Both the position numbers and the translations under genes were made by a program. Below, piece by piece: positions 25,739 through 39,311 of a stretch of 64,000 bases of DNA. The notes below the pieces were generated by a model. The model searched no databases and had not been told where the DNA came from. It worked only from the letters and a program-made list of their open reading frames with translations. Origin of the DNA: Octopus sinensis (lineage: Eukaryota); the NCBI RefSeq assembly GCF_006345805.1, contig NC_043003.1, forward strand, positions 40,548,001-40,612,000, written 5' to 3'. Within the stretch, counting starts at the first letter, position 1. Every line of letters starts with the position of its first letter.

Positions 25739-26015
25739 TCCGAGGCGACTTTGCCTCCCATCCTTTCGAGGGTCGATAAATTTAAGTACCAGTGAGACAC
25801 TGGGTTCGATGTAATCGACTAATCCCCTCCTCCAAAATTTCAGGTCCTGTGCCTTTACTAGAAAGGATTAGTATCTGTATTGTTATTCCGACGGAGTTGA
25901 CTTCCTCTTCAATCCTTTCGGGGTCGATAAATTGAGTACCAGTGAGACACTGGGGTCGATGTAATCGACTACGCGCTTCCCACAAAATCTAAGGCCTATA
26001 GCAGAAGGAATTATT
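25739..26015 (+). mobile_element. Two tandem 5'-truncated SINE B2 copies
   Basis: Repeated ATCCTTTCG(A/G)GGGTCGATAAAT..AGTACCAGTGAGACACTGGG.TCGATGTAATCGACTA. Confidence 0.8.
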
Positions 26016-26039
26016 ACTTATATTCTTTTTATTCTCGCT

Positions 26040-27017
26040 GTTGTTTTTGTTATTGTTTTGACGTAAAATTGTTGCCGTTGTTATTGTTGCTTTTGTTTGT
26101 TCGTTTTCGTGTTATTCATGATATTGGCGTTGTTGTTATTTTTATTGCTGGGGACGCTGCTATTGTTGTTGCTGTTGTTGTTTTCACGTGCGATTATCGC
26201 AATCGGTGTTGTTTTTGTAATTGTTGTTGTTATTGTTGCTGTTGCTGTTGTCGTTCTTCTTCTTCTTCTCCTTCCCCTCCTCCTCTTTTCTTCTTCTTCT
26301 TCTTCTTCTTCTTCTCCCTCTTCTTCTTCTTCTTCTTCTTCTCCCTCTTCTTCTTCTTCTCCTTCTTCTTCTCCCTCTTCTTCTTCTTCTTCTTCTTCTT
26401 CTCTTCTTCTTCTCCCTCTTCTCCTTTTCTCTTCTTCTTCTTCTTCTTATTCTTCTTCGTCTTCTCCTTCTTCTCCTTCTCCTCCTTCTCCTTCTTCTTG
26501 ATGTTGGTATTGAAGCGGGGGGGGGGCTTTTTAGTCGTTATTATTACTCTTACCAATGTCTGTGCTGTTGTAATTATTGCTCTTGTTCATTTTGACAACC
26601 TGTGTTTGCTAGTTCACAATATTGCTTCTGTTGTTGTTGTTGTTACAAATCTTGTATTTGTAATTACCATTGCTGTTGTTGTCGTTGTTATTGTTGTTTA
26701 TTGTTGTAGATATTGTCTGTATGTTTGTATTTGTTGCTCGAAGAAAATGGCGAAGAGAATTATATCGTTAGTCGTTGCTGGTACAACTATTCTTGTTTTT
26801 ATTGTAACCGATATGCATTGGTATTGAACTCAATGTTATTGCCTTTTTGTTAGTAGTAGTAGTAGTAGTGTAGTAGTGGTGGTGGTGGTGGTGGTGGTGG
26901 TGGTGGTGGTGGTGGTGGTGACGGTGGTGGTGGTGGTGGTGGTGGTGGTGGTGGTGGTGACGGTGGTGGTGGTGGTGGTGGTAGTAATGGTAGTACTAGT
27001 AGTGGTGGCGGTGGTGC

Positions 27018-27054
<37 letters not shown>

Positions 27055-27440
27055 TGTTCTTGTAGTTTATATCGATGCTGTTTCCCTTGAAGTTGTTGAT
27101 GTTCTTAACATATTTTCGCTGCTACGAGTTACCTTTGTTATTGTTGCTGCTGTTGTTCGGGTTGTTGCTGTTTCTATTGCTGTTGCTGTTGCTGTTGTTG
27201 TAGAGCCGAGGTCTTTGTTGTTGTTATTGTTGCTTTTGTTGTTTACTTCAGTGCATTCCTTCACTGCAAAACTGTGTCATTTTTTTTCTTCTCCTTCAGG
27301 TTATCGTTATTGCGACTTTTGTTGTTTCATTGTCACTGGGCTATATTATTACTAAACATACTGTTATTCACGCTATAGTTGTTGTTGCTATTGTTAATGT
27401 TGGTGGTGGTGGTGGTGGTGGTGATGGTAGTGATGATCGT
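26040..27440. repeat. 1.4-kb chain of triplet repeats (GTT, CTT, GTT, GTA, GTG, GTA, GTT)
   Basis: Directly visible; source of the poly-Leu/Ser/Val/Lys ORFs. Confidence 0.95.
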
Positions 27441-28349
27441 GATGCACTGTCTTCGCACAAGAGGTGAGCCGAGTGCAAAATTTTCTGAAGGCGAGCCCAC
27501 CTATTTTCTCAATAAATACAATACTTCGATCTGTTGTTATCATCTTTGAGCGTATTTACATGTGTATATCCGCATGTATATGTGTGTGCGTACGTACGTG
27601 TGTGCGTATATATACGCGTATAATTATATGATTATCAATATATGGCTCGAAATGTACGTGAATTGCTGGAAGGGAGGGTGTGTATATTCGTATAAGTATG
27701 AGGCATTGTGTTTTCTGTGTCAGGAATGGAGTGACGACATCAAGGATGGGAAGCACGATAATAGAACGAGGAGAGCGTGTGGTTTGATTCGGTTTTAGCT
27801 ATCACTACACCTCACTCTTATGTGAACAACGCCTCCATAAACAACACCACCATTATTGTACCGATCCACACCAATCCCCTCGGTCTGTGAATTACTTTAA
27901 TCAACTACATAACATCAGAATAAGGAAGAATTCTTTACTCACACACCTTTCAGGTTGATACGAATAAATATATATACGCACATATATATATATTCAAACA
28001 CACACAGACATACATGTACATGCATACATGATTACGCACTTCCATACATAAGTACTTACGTATATACATCAATACGTATATAAATACATAAGACACGTAC
28101 TTATGCTTGCAAATGTACACAGGCGCCTGCACATGAACCAAACTTCCATTTATATACTTATTTTTTTTCTTATTAGATGAGAATTTTATTGGAATTACTC
28201 ATGGACTTAGATTTTCGTGGCAAAGAATTTTTTCAAAAATTTATTAAACACACATATTGCGCGCACACATACATAGAAAAACATATATATATATATATAT
28301 AACATAAAATATATATTTAACATTATATATATATATATCTTTATTGTCT

Positions 28350-28752
28350 TATATTTTATGTTTCAGTCATCAGACTGCGGCCATCCTGGAGCACCAGCTT
28401 GAATCTTCAGTCGAATGAATCTGCCCCAGTATCTAGCTTTAAAGCCTGTTACTTATTCTATCAGTCTATTTTGCCGAACTGCTATGGAGACGCAAACACC
28501 CATATCGTTGACAAGCGGTAGTGGGGGGCTAACACAAGCACAAAGACACACATAAATACAGACGCACACACGCATGCACACTTACACGCACACACACACA
28601 TATGTATATATAGACAATGGGCTTCTCTCAGTTTCCGTCTACTAAATCCACTTACAACATTTTGGTCGGCTTGAGGCTAAAATTGAAAACACTTGCCCAA
28701 GTTGCCACGCAGTGGATCTGAACCCTGAACCATGTGGTTGGGAAGCAAAGAA
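28350..28752 (-). mobile_element. SINE family C
   Basis: Reverse complement aligns to 22493-22910. Confidence 0.8.
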
Positions 28753-28772
28753 TGGTGGTATATAGACTGTAA

Positions 28773-28821
<49 letters not shown>

Positions 28822-29336
28822 ATATATATGTATATATATATGTATATTAATATATATATATATATATATATACATGTGTATTTGTATATACATACACACA
28901 TAATTCATACGTGCATATATATATGTATACATGCATATATATATACATATATACATATATACATACACACAGACACACACGCGCGCGTGCGAGCACACAG
29001 AACACACACACACGCACACACACACACATACACACGCACAAACACACAGGCATATATAACTTAACCAACATATACCACCATTCCCTATGTATTCTCCTTC
29101 TTCATCATATTTTCGACGGTGATGTTTTTCGCATATGTAAATGCTATCGCAAATAGACTTGCACTTATCTTTTGATGTTCCGAGAAAGCTATTTTATGCA
29201 CAAATACTCTGTTCTCAGTGCATTGCGTCTTATAGCAAAATCGGCTGTAAGCTAATGACGTGCATTGCATAATTTCCTGTTCTCATATATATTACATGCA
29301 TATATACACATGTAACACACACCACACCACACATAA

Positions 29337-29379
<43 letters not shown>

Positions 29380-29384
29380 TATCT

Positions 29385-29640
29385 ATAAAATACAAAATGG
29401 GACAAGAACGCAAAACATCCATCCAGAAGACGATACAAAAAAAAAAACAGACGGTCATTCAAAGCCTTTCATCTTCAGTCAAGAACCGGATCATCCTCGC
29501 AATTTTGGCTGATTAATCTTGAGATTGCTCCAATCTGGCAGCCCCAAGGAAAAACTAAGCTAAACACATTAGATTCCTTGAAAAAAAGCTTCGAATATAT
29601 GCGAAACAAGGACGGAAAAATACGACAAAAATAATACGAA
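29385..29640. repeat. Interspersed repeat shared with 21430-21570
   Basis: Pairwise similarity with 21430-21570. Confidence 0.6.
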
Positions 29641-29661
29641 ACAACAACAACAGCAACAACA

Positions 29662-29730
<69 letters not shown>

Positions 29731-31097
29731 CAGGACATCACAACAGGCGTCTTTCGACTAGGAAACGAATTGAATTCAGCTGGTGTGTTAGGAATTGTGT
29801 CTTACGGCAGAGAAAGAAAATGTAGATGTTGCCACGACTGCTGCCAGACCCAAAAGGGCCAGTAGGCGGCTAAGCGGTCACGTGAGAAGAGAAGAGAGAG
29901 GAAAAGAGGAACAAAGGAATTAAGGAGGGGAAGATGAGAGAGAAAAAGAGGAACAACGGAATTAAGGAGGAGAAGAGAGAGAAAAAGAGGACCTTAGCTG
30001 TTTCTGTTCCACTACTATAACTTCTTTTTTTTGCCAAATAAACACATGCGCGATATATTTGTTCTTCCCTCGATCTTATTCACTGTCCTTATTCTAACTC
30101 ATGTCCATTTTCCGGAAATCTTTAGTCACACATCTATGACCTCTTCAACGACACTATTCATCTTCGTGTGTACTCTTGCTCCACTTACTCTATTCTGTTC
30201 TTTTATGTTGTGTAATCTTATATGCGCATGCTTTTGTATCTCTCTGTTACTGTATGTGTGTTTGTGTGTGTATATGGGTTCGCTTTATATGTTTGTATCA
30301 GTGCCGCTTATACAGTATTATATTTATATATATATATTTTTTAATCTATCTCTATTTCTTATGTTTATCATAAGTATGTGCATATTTGTCCATTGTGTGT
30401 ATATTACACAACATGAGGGAAACAACGGTACAGGAGTAAGAGGAGGGAAAGAAGATCCTCAATGCTCATATGGAGCAAAAAAGCGCACGGCTAACAATTC
30501 CAGTACAGTAATAACGATATCCCAGCACTGCATGGGCTCCGCAACGACCATAAGGCGACCACTGACCCAGTGACAGGATCACCTACCTACTTCCTCTCTA
30601 TGAGTATACGCCCTCTGATCAAAATGTCCTCAGATGTTTGTGGCATCACAGAGGACCTTCTTAGTAGAATCAATGAATGCAACCATGCCCACGACCTGAC
30701 GGGATGCATAATAGGCATTATAGCCATCCAGTGATGTTGATTTTGCTGTGGAGAAAGGTCTGGAAGTGATCGGCGAGAGCGACGTGGAGTTTCGTGGTGT
30801 TGACACAGAAAAACTGGGCCTCCTCTTCAGATTGACTTGTGACAATGATTACTTAGATAAATATGACCTTAGTTGTTTCTGTGTGTTTGTGTATTATGTA
30901 TGATGCAAGTCATTACATTGTCACTAAATCTGTTTGAAATATCCCCCAAAGAACACCTACTCCCTTACGGGCAAAACTTATCGAGAGTGACGTAATAAAC
31001 AAGTCACCAAGAGAAAGTCCTCATCGAAGTCAATTAGTAATTAGTGATCCTGTTTAAATCTCATTTCTCTTCTAATTGCTGAGCATAAATATAATAC

Positions 31098-31514
31098 CTA
31101 TTTATTTACCACCCACAAGGGGCTAAATACAGAGGGGACAAACAAGGACAGACAAACGGATTAAGTCGATTTCATCGACCCCAGTGCATAACTGGTATTT
31201 AATTTATCGACCCCGAAAGGATGAGAGGCAAAGTCGACCTCGGCGGAATTTGAACTCAGAACGTAACGGCAGACGAAATACCTATTTCTTTACAACCCAC
31301 AAGGGGCTAAACACAGAGGGGACAAACAAGGACAGACAAACGGATTAAGTCGATTATATCAACCCCAGTGCGTAACTGGTACTTATTTAATCGACCCCGA
31401 AAGGATGAAAGGCAAAGTCGACCTCGGCGGAATTTGAACTCGGAACGTAACAGCAGACGAAATACAGCTACGCATTTCACCCGGTGTGCTAACGATTCTG
31501 CCAGCTCGCCGCCT
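31098..31514 (-). mobile_element. SINE B2 dimer (full copy + 5'-truncated copy) within one 18-bp TSD
   Basis: TGAGCATAAATATAATAC at 31080-31097 and 31515-31532; internal junction at 31282/31283. Confidence 0.9.
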
Positions 31515-32006
31515 TGAGCATAAATATAATACTATGGGTTTCTGGCCCAGCACGAAGAACCTAACTGAAACTTGGGAAGAAGGGATATTAATAACAAATT
31601 GAATGAACTTATCACAAATAATTCTGCACGATATTTTCAATATGACACTGGGATGAGTAAAAGACATGAGATTCACTGCAACTCTTTACAACATCTTTCT
31701 ACAATTCTCTTAACAACTTATCTCTCCAATTTTGAAGGTGCGAAAATTTCTCACAATGTATATTTTTCTGCAGAAGATTCATGCTAGAATGCTATTAAGA
31801 GAACCAGAAGGTATTCAGTTTGCTCTTATTAAGTGATTCTTGCTTCACTCACATGCATTTATGCATTTATACATGCATGCATACATAGACAGAGACAACC
31901 ATGAATGAACATCTATATTTCTATATATAAATATATATATACATTCATTACAGGCGTATAAGCTTACATGTAGTATGTATGGATGTATGTATATGTATGT
32001 ATGTAA

Positions 32007-32078
<72 letters not shown>

Positions 32079-33068
32079 CGCACACACACAAAAACATATA
32101 TATGTATACACACGCAGACCATAAAATACATATACATATAATCACACGCACACACGCAAACACATGCAAACACACACGTGCACACATGAAATGAAGCTAA
32201 ACGATTCTTCTTTGCCTTAGTCTTTTATTTCCGCCCTCGCACCATTTTGCCCAATCCTATTGTCTTTCACACTTCCTTAACGCTCGCTCTCTTTTACATT
32301 CTCCCTATCTATAGATATAATTTTTTATCTTTTCCACAGATTGTCCGTTTGTCTGTATGTCGGTGTGAAATTGAAATTACGATTGTGATTCAATTTACCG
32401 TATTTCTACTTCCATATCAATCCTTCCTATCTTCCCGTCTTTGATGTTTGTTTTAAGGAACAATTTACTTTCCTTCTATCTATAATACAAACCAAAGCCA
32501 ATGCAAACCAGCATATCCCGAAAATTCTCTGGTGTGAGAAACGATTAACTACATATCTATAATTGTATCGGCGTTTCTAGTTGTTTGAACTTATCTTCAC
32601 ATGATATATCATTCTTTACTTGAAGAAATGATATTAGTTAGTGGCATAATATCATAATTTCAGTTGAAATATCTTAAATTTATTGTTGGATATATCCGGT
32701 TAGCGTTTATTTAATATTTCTTAGACTATTAGCTAATTAAATTAACATTGTTGTAGTTATATTTTCATGTATGTATTTATTTTCTTTTTCGAGAAATGTT
32801 AAGGCGTTAGTGAAGTTCGTTTGTTGGACAAAATTCCTTGTGGTGGATAATTTTTGTCTTATTCAAGGATGCGATCAATTACAGATGGGATTTCCATGGT
32901 TTCAACATCTTAATCATTCGACAATGCTTGCGCCACTACACACACACATACATATACACGTACATGTGCACACACTCACATAGACATAGACAACACACAA
33001 ACACACACACTCACCCACTTACCCAGTCACCTCCGCCATTTTGAGTTTGTTTGTCGCACACATGATGT

Positions 33069-33590
33069 AAGTCTTCAAATTGTTAATATTCAAGTGTGGT
33101 GAAGCTTTGGTCCTTGCTTGAAGTACGTTCCCTAAAAAAGTAATCGAGAAGGTTGTGATCTGGGCTATTACTGGGCCAGATGTTGGCCCTCATAAAAATG
33201 ACACCTTCTCACCACGGAATGCCTGTGTTGATTTTGATCCATGGCATGGTGCAGAATCCTGGATAAGCACCACATTGTCATTCCCAAACTTATGCTCCCT
33301 CCATGGTAACAGAGAGTTCTTCAGGATGTCCAGATAGTGCCGATCTTCAAGCCAGACTCAGTGAAATGTGGATCCAGGACACTTCCATCACTCGCCAAGG
33401 ATGCAGATATTAACATAGAGGCAGGATTCATCAGAAATGTTGCGTGTAATCACTCGAGAATATCTGTGATTCACATCAGCGTCCACAAACATAAGAGTTT
33501 GTCCTGCACATTGATGCTTGGTGAATAATAGAATCTTTGGGCATCTCTTGATTCTGATTGCTTTGGCCTTGGTGGTCAGGTGACAGCATC
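33069..33590 (-). mobile_element. Tc1/mariner superfamily (maT/DD37D-like) transposase fragment
   Basis: SDGSVLDPHFTESGLKIG..YLDILKNSLLPW..VLIQDSAPCHGSKSTQ..WPSNSPDHNLLDYF..HLNINNLK. Confidence 0.8.
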
Positions 33591-33677
33591 GTCGAACAAA
33601 TTCAATTTAGAAATACTAAATAAAATTTCACAAAATTAATAAATATAATAAATATAAATATAATATAATAAATATAA

Positions 33678-34004
33678 ATTAGAAAACACACCTTTTATCA
33701 ATTCAAAATGAAAAATTAAATTACATCATCTAGAAAATTACATATAATAGAAAAATTAAATATAATATAAAAAAAATATACCGATGATTAAGTAATTTGC
33801 TAAATAATAAATAAAACGTATATATTTGGTAGAATAACATGTCGTTATTCTACAAAATATATACGTTTTATTTATTATTTTGCACATTACTTAATCATCG
33901 GTATATTTTTTTATATTATATTTAATTTTTCTATTATATGTAATTTTCTAGATGGTGTAATTTAATTTTTCATTTTGAATTGATAAAAGGTGGTTTTTTC
34001 TAAT
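33678..34004. repeat. AT-rich near-perfect palindrome, ~160-bp arms, 5-nt loop
   Basis: Centre GTAGAATAAC-ATGTC-GTTATTCTAC (loop 33839-33843). Confidence 0.95.
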
Positions 34005-34335
34005 CTCTCCCTCCCTCTCTCTCTCTCTCTCTCTCATCGCTCTCTCTCTATCTATCTATCTATCTATCTCTATCTATATATATATATATATTATATATAT
34101 ATATATATATAATATATATATATATATGTAATAAATAAAATATATGCATACATACATATATGTACGTACCTACATCTACATGTATATATACACGCATATA
34201 TAAATATATATATGTGAGTACAGGACACCACAAATAGACGTAGAACTCAACGAGAAACGAAAACATAAAAACAAGGGAACGGACTTTTTTAACAACGAAA
34301 AAACAGAACGCAGGACAAACAACACACGGAAAATT

Positions 34336-34404
34336 CCCCTTCATCAGCTGTCTCCGGCTCGACTCCATGCGTGTTTCGAAGGTAAGGACAGGACACGCTG
34401 CCGG
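34336..34404 (-). ncRNA. Candidate hammerhead with non-standard segment order
   Basis: GCGTGT-C-CTGTC / CCTTC-GAAA-CACGC / GACAG-CTGATGA-AGGGG. Stems I and III pair perfectly in register; stem II is weak. Confidence 0.35.
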
Positions 34405-36088
34405 ACTGATCCTTCCTGCGAGGGAATTAAATAAAATTCCCATGCAGAGGGGTAAAAACAAGGAAAGAAAAAATGTGACAAGAACAGGACGTAAAAGCAA
34501 TACAAATAAAAATACGAATACAAAATAAAAATACAAATATAAAAAATACAGTACACATAAAGAATAAAAACAGGACAAAAAAAAAGCATTGAGGGCCTTT
34601 TTTAGCCTAGACGAGGAAAAAAAATTCAGAGCGCAGGAATAAGTCGTCTTGACTTATATATATATATATATATTATATATATATATATGCATACATATTT
34701 ACATATACATATTTACGTGAATTGAATATTCGGATGAGATAAAATTTAAGAATAATATTTTGCCATTATAAAATGATAATGTATAGAACGTTCGTAACAT
34801 TTTTCGATGCAGTCATTTTATTTATAACATTCAATGCAGCGTTTCCGATAACAACATACAATTGACCATAAACAAATGGTATTGCTGGGGAAAAAACTGA
34901 GTTATTTTACTCAATGTGTGGCACTGAAATTTATTGAATTTTATAACGAATGAAATAAGCCGGTAGATACGTAAACATATATATATATAGAAATAAATGA
35001 ATAATCATACAAATAAAAGAAATATTTGTCAAACGTAATTATTGGCAGTAAGGTACATTTTTCATAACATTCACTTTACATCACTTTCAATAATGCAGTC
35101 ATAGATTTAGGTTCTTCAAATTCGTGTTTCATTGCAGAAGCTTTATTTGAATTTTGCAATAGTATTACAGCGTTTTCTTTCCTCATTGTGTATGTTCAAG
35201 GTGCTGTCACTCCACAAACGTTAAATATGTCTACGAACTCCGTTGGACCGTGTCTGTATCTTCGCGTGAATGTATAAATTTTTTTTCTCTCTCTCTCAAC
35301 TATGTATATAATGTCCACATTAAAATAAACAATGACTTCAATTATTATTTTTGTTTTTGCAAGCCCAGGTTCCTTAAGAAGGAGCAATACAATAGCTAGA
35401 GATTCGGTCATTCAAGTTGATTATTCCTAGGTAAAAGTTTGTTCGTTATTCTCGCTGATTAAAGTTGAATAAGGGCCTCGGAACCCACTGCAGCCCTTAT
35501 TCAACTTAGCCTTTAACTACTGGTATGTATTCTTCTGAATGCCATCCTCCTATTTGGAACATTTCAAAATTATTGATTCAAAGCAGCATATTGAATTCAA
35601 ATAATTCAAGCAGCGTAAGTAATCCCTCCAAACTCTTTCTCCCCCACTCACTCTACTCTGGGGAATAAAAGATGAAAGCGCAGCCCTGTTTGCTTAAGCT
35701 TTGAGCTTTGATTATCTGTACGTAAAATAATAATGTTATGTCAACAACTGTTTCCTCCTGTTACAGTATAACAGTTGGTGTTTCAGGAGGAGGAGGAGGA
35801 GGAGGATTGTCATAATTTCCAGGTACTTAAATATTCAAGTAGTTATTGTGCTTATATAAAAGGCCCTGCACACTATTAAGGCATATTCCTTGAAATGTGG
35901 GATGGCATGAATTCAAAGAGCAACTTAAATATCTGGATCATAGACGTAAGTTTCAGTAAAGGATACTGTTTGATCAACGATAACCAAAGTCTGATTAACA
36001 AAAGACGTTATACAGTACCTTCAAGTTTCCACTTGTATATACAGTCATTGGTCGAAGCCACGTCCCAATAATAGGTTTCTGGATGGTA

Positions 36089-36471
36089 TGGAAGCACTCC
36101 GTCGGTTACGACGACGAGGGTTCCGGTTGATCCGATCAACGGAACAGCCTGCTCGTGATATTAACGTGTAAGTGGCTGAGCACTCCTCAGACACGTGTAC
36201 CCTTAACGCAGTTTTGGGGGATATTCAGCGTGACACAGAGAGTGACAAGGCCGGCCCTTTGAAATACAGGTACAACAGAAACAGGAAGTAAGAGTGAGAG
36301 AAATTTGTGGTGAAAGAGTACAGCAGGGATCACCACCATCCCTGCCGGAGCTTCGTGGAGCTTTAGGTGTTTTCGCTCAATAAACACTCACAACGCCCGG
36401 TCTGGGAATCGAAACGGCGATCCTACGACCGCGAGTCCGCTGTCCTAACCACTGGGCCATTGCGCCTCCAC
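36089..36471 (-). mobile_element. Full-length SINE head A + module C with 13-bp TSD
   Basis: ATAATAGGTTTCT at 36068-36080 and 36472-36484; intact A and B boxes. Confidence 0.92.
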
Positions 36472-36647
36472 ATAATAGGTTTCTATACACAAAATGAATC
36501 TCAATAATGTTGTGTTGTTACACTGAATGTTTTGTCAAACTTCAGAGCTGCTGTGAACCAATTTTTTTTTCAAAGCTGAGTTTCTCCTGATTCATGGTAG
36601 CTTGAAATTTTTGTTTGCCCAACAACGTGTATATATATACATATATA

Positions 36648-36802
36648 CGACGGGCTTCTTTCAGTTTCCGTCTACCAAATCCACTCACAAGGCTTTCGTC
36701 GACCCGAGGCTACGGTAGAAAACACTTGCCCAAGGTGCCACTGAACCCGGAACCATGTGGTTGGTAAGCAAGCTACTTACCACACAGCCACTCCTACGCC
36801 TA
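36648..36802 (-). mobile_element. SINE family C head half
   Basis: TAGGCGTAGGAGTGGCTGTGTGGTAAG..GAAACTGAAAGAAGCCCGTCG on the minus strand. Confidence 0.85.
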
Positions 36803-37202
36803 TAATGTACACATTGTTTTCGTTTGTGTTGGGATTATCACATTTAAAAATTTTTCCCGTTTTTATTTACATTTCTCTATCTTGCTTTTTTATTCTTTCG
36901 ATTGCGTTTCCACTGTCTCACTGCTGCTACGTTTATTTCTTTCTAATGAACACCTTTTTATCCGTTATATATATGTATAGATAGCCAAAGACATACTGGT
37001 TAGGAATTACAGTGTATAATTAGAGTTAATAACAGTTAATTAGATCAGTTAGTAGTGGTATTATTGGTTAACAATATTGTTATTATTGCCTGACCTATAT
37101 ATTGTGGTATAAATCCTTAAATCCTTAAAAATGTTTTAGCCCGAATGCCGCGGCCATGCTGGGGCACCACCGTATATAAACGTATATAAACAAGAATCGT
37201 TT

Positions 37203-37243
<41 letters not shown>

Positions 37244-37790
37244 GAGAGATAGGGGAGAAAGAGAGAAGGACAGAAAGTGTATTTATCAGGAATTATCCGA
37301 AACGAGAAGAAAAGTGGCGTATAGTATCGACAGAATATCTTAAAGTACATAAATTTGTCTTATACGTTCTATAAAAATATGGAAGTACATCAGATACTTT
37401 CCACGGACGAGAAACCTCCTTCCAAATACACATAGCACGCTGTAGGATATGTAATATACAATTAGAGTATTATTTCAAGAAAAGCAACTATCAGAGGCAA
37501 TCATTTTATTTCTAGATTGCCCTTACTTCATTGCAAAAAGATGTTAGAGGTGAATTGCAGTTCAAGTTAGTGTTGAAGATCAACTACAAAGTGTGACAGA
37601 CACACGCAATAGTTTACTAATGAATCTCCCTCTCCGTGTCTCTCTCTCGTTATATATGTATATATATATATATACATATATATATGCATATATACATACA
37701 TACATATATATATACATACACACATATACACATATATATATATAGATATATACACACACATACACCACCTACACGCGCAAACACACACGG

Positions 37791-37875
<85 letters not shown>

Positions 37876-38454
37876 CTTGTCTGTCTGTATGTCTGTCTGT
37901 CTGTCTGTATGTATGTATGTATGTATATACGTATGAATGTATAAATAACCTGTCTCCGTTTGGAGAACCAGCATAAGTACAATTTTAGGCCAAAGTTCTT
38001 CCTACATATATCAAAACGTATGTTATTTCTTTATTAAAATAACGATTCTAAGAAAACAAAACTAGTCTTGGCAGATTCAATGTCTCGTTTTACATGTATG
38101 TCTATACATACATAAAACGTTGGCTGGCGATCGTTTGCTGTGAGATATACAATCAGCACATCTATTCTTAAGCAGCTGTGACAGACAAACCGCCTTCCTT
38201 CCTCCTTTCTTCTCATCCAGCTTTGAATTGTATCTACCTTGACCAGCTTTACCTGATACCAATAATTCGGGGAGAAAAATAACATATACTAATAACATTC
38301 CTATACTGGTCTTTTCTCGATCTCTATTGACCTATACAACTGTTAAAATTCTAACCTCATGTTTCAGTATATACAAGTCATAATCTGATCTGATACCAAT
38401 TGTTTGCCTGTTTATATAGCGATACTATTATACACGCACCTGCTGAAGTGAAAC

Positions 38455-38684
38455 GGCGAGCTGGCAGAAACGTTAAGCACGCCGGGTGAAATGCGTAGCC
38501 GTATTTCGTCTGCCGTTACGTTCTTGAGTTCAAATTCCGCCGAGGTCGACTTTGCCTTTCATCCTTTCGGGGTCGATAAATTAAGTACCAGTTACGCACT
38601 GGGGTCGATGTAATCGACTTGATCCGTTTGTCTGTCCTTGTTTGTCCCCTCTGTGTTTAGCCCCTTGTGGGAAATAAAGAAATA
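38455..38684 (+). mobile_element. Full-length young SINE B2
   Basis: GGCGAGCTGGCAGAA..GAGTTCAAATTCC (B box)..GTCGACTTTGCCTTTCATCCTTTCGGGGTCGATAAA..CCCCTTGTGGGAAATAAAGAAATA. Confidence 0.9.
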
Positions 38685-38810
38685 TGTAGTCAATCTTATT
38701 CAGGTAGTTATAACATCTCTGCGGTTTTAGCTACAGCTCAAATTAAAGTATAGGATGCAAGTCAAGCTGAGCATTAATGGTATGAATCTAATACCTTATG
38801 CCAGGTTATC

Positions 38811-39160
38811 TCCTTCAGTCATGAATGACGATGAGATTGTATCCAAAAAGTTGCCCTCCGAGGCACAAGTCGGGGTACGGTTAGGTTGTTTAGGGAAGAC
38901 CAACAATCGCCCATGCGTATCAGTTTCCCCACCCCACACTACCGATGTTATCGAAGGGAAAGGCAATAAAGTTGTGATGTCACTGGCACACAGTTGGTAC
39001 CAGTGACGTCACAACTTATTGCTACAGCTGAGTGAACTGGAGCGACGTGAAATATAGTGTTTTGCTCAAGAACACAGCGCACAACCCGGTGCGGGAATCG
39101 AGCTCACTGCCTCATGGTTGTGAGCCCGACCTTCTAACCACTGAACCATGCGCCTTCACA
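38811..39160 (-). mobile_element. SINE head B + CORE-like + module D
   Basis: TGTGAAGGCGCATGGTTCAGTGG..CTCGATTCCC..TTCACGTCGCTCCAG..GTGACGTCACTGG..GCCTTTCCCTT. Confidence 0.8.
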
Positions 39161-39311
39161 CCTTATTTCAATAGGCGTAATATTACATATATAGCATATA
39201 AAATACAATATTATGCCTGTGTATGTATGTATGTATGTATGTATGTATGTATGTATGTATGTATGTATGTATGTATGTATGTATGTATATATATATGTGT
39301 GTATGTATATA

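Noticed and set aside
26069-27355. Longest ORFs in the track (252 aa, 159 aa) and the many [12 protein letters not shown] ORFs
   Set aside because: They are translations of triplet and dinucleotide microsatellites, with no domain content.
30420-30860. GC-richer island with a Ser/Thr-rich ORF, a loose Tx1-like reading and a CTGAAGA..GAAA..GTC pattern
   Set aside because: No stem I or II for a ribozyme, no convincing splice sites, and LINE similarity too weak to call.
35462-35507. 15-bp perfect inverted repeat with 16-nt loop
   Set aside because: Real but isolated; no functional context, and intrinsic terminators are irrelevant in this eukaryotic DNA.
36380-36470. SINE heads as possible true tRNA genes
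   Set aside because: A and B boxes are present, but no acceptor stem closes and each continues into SINE body sequence.
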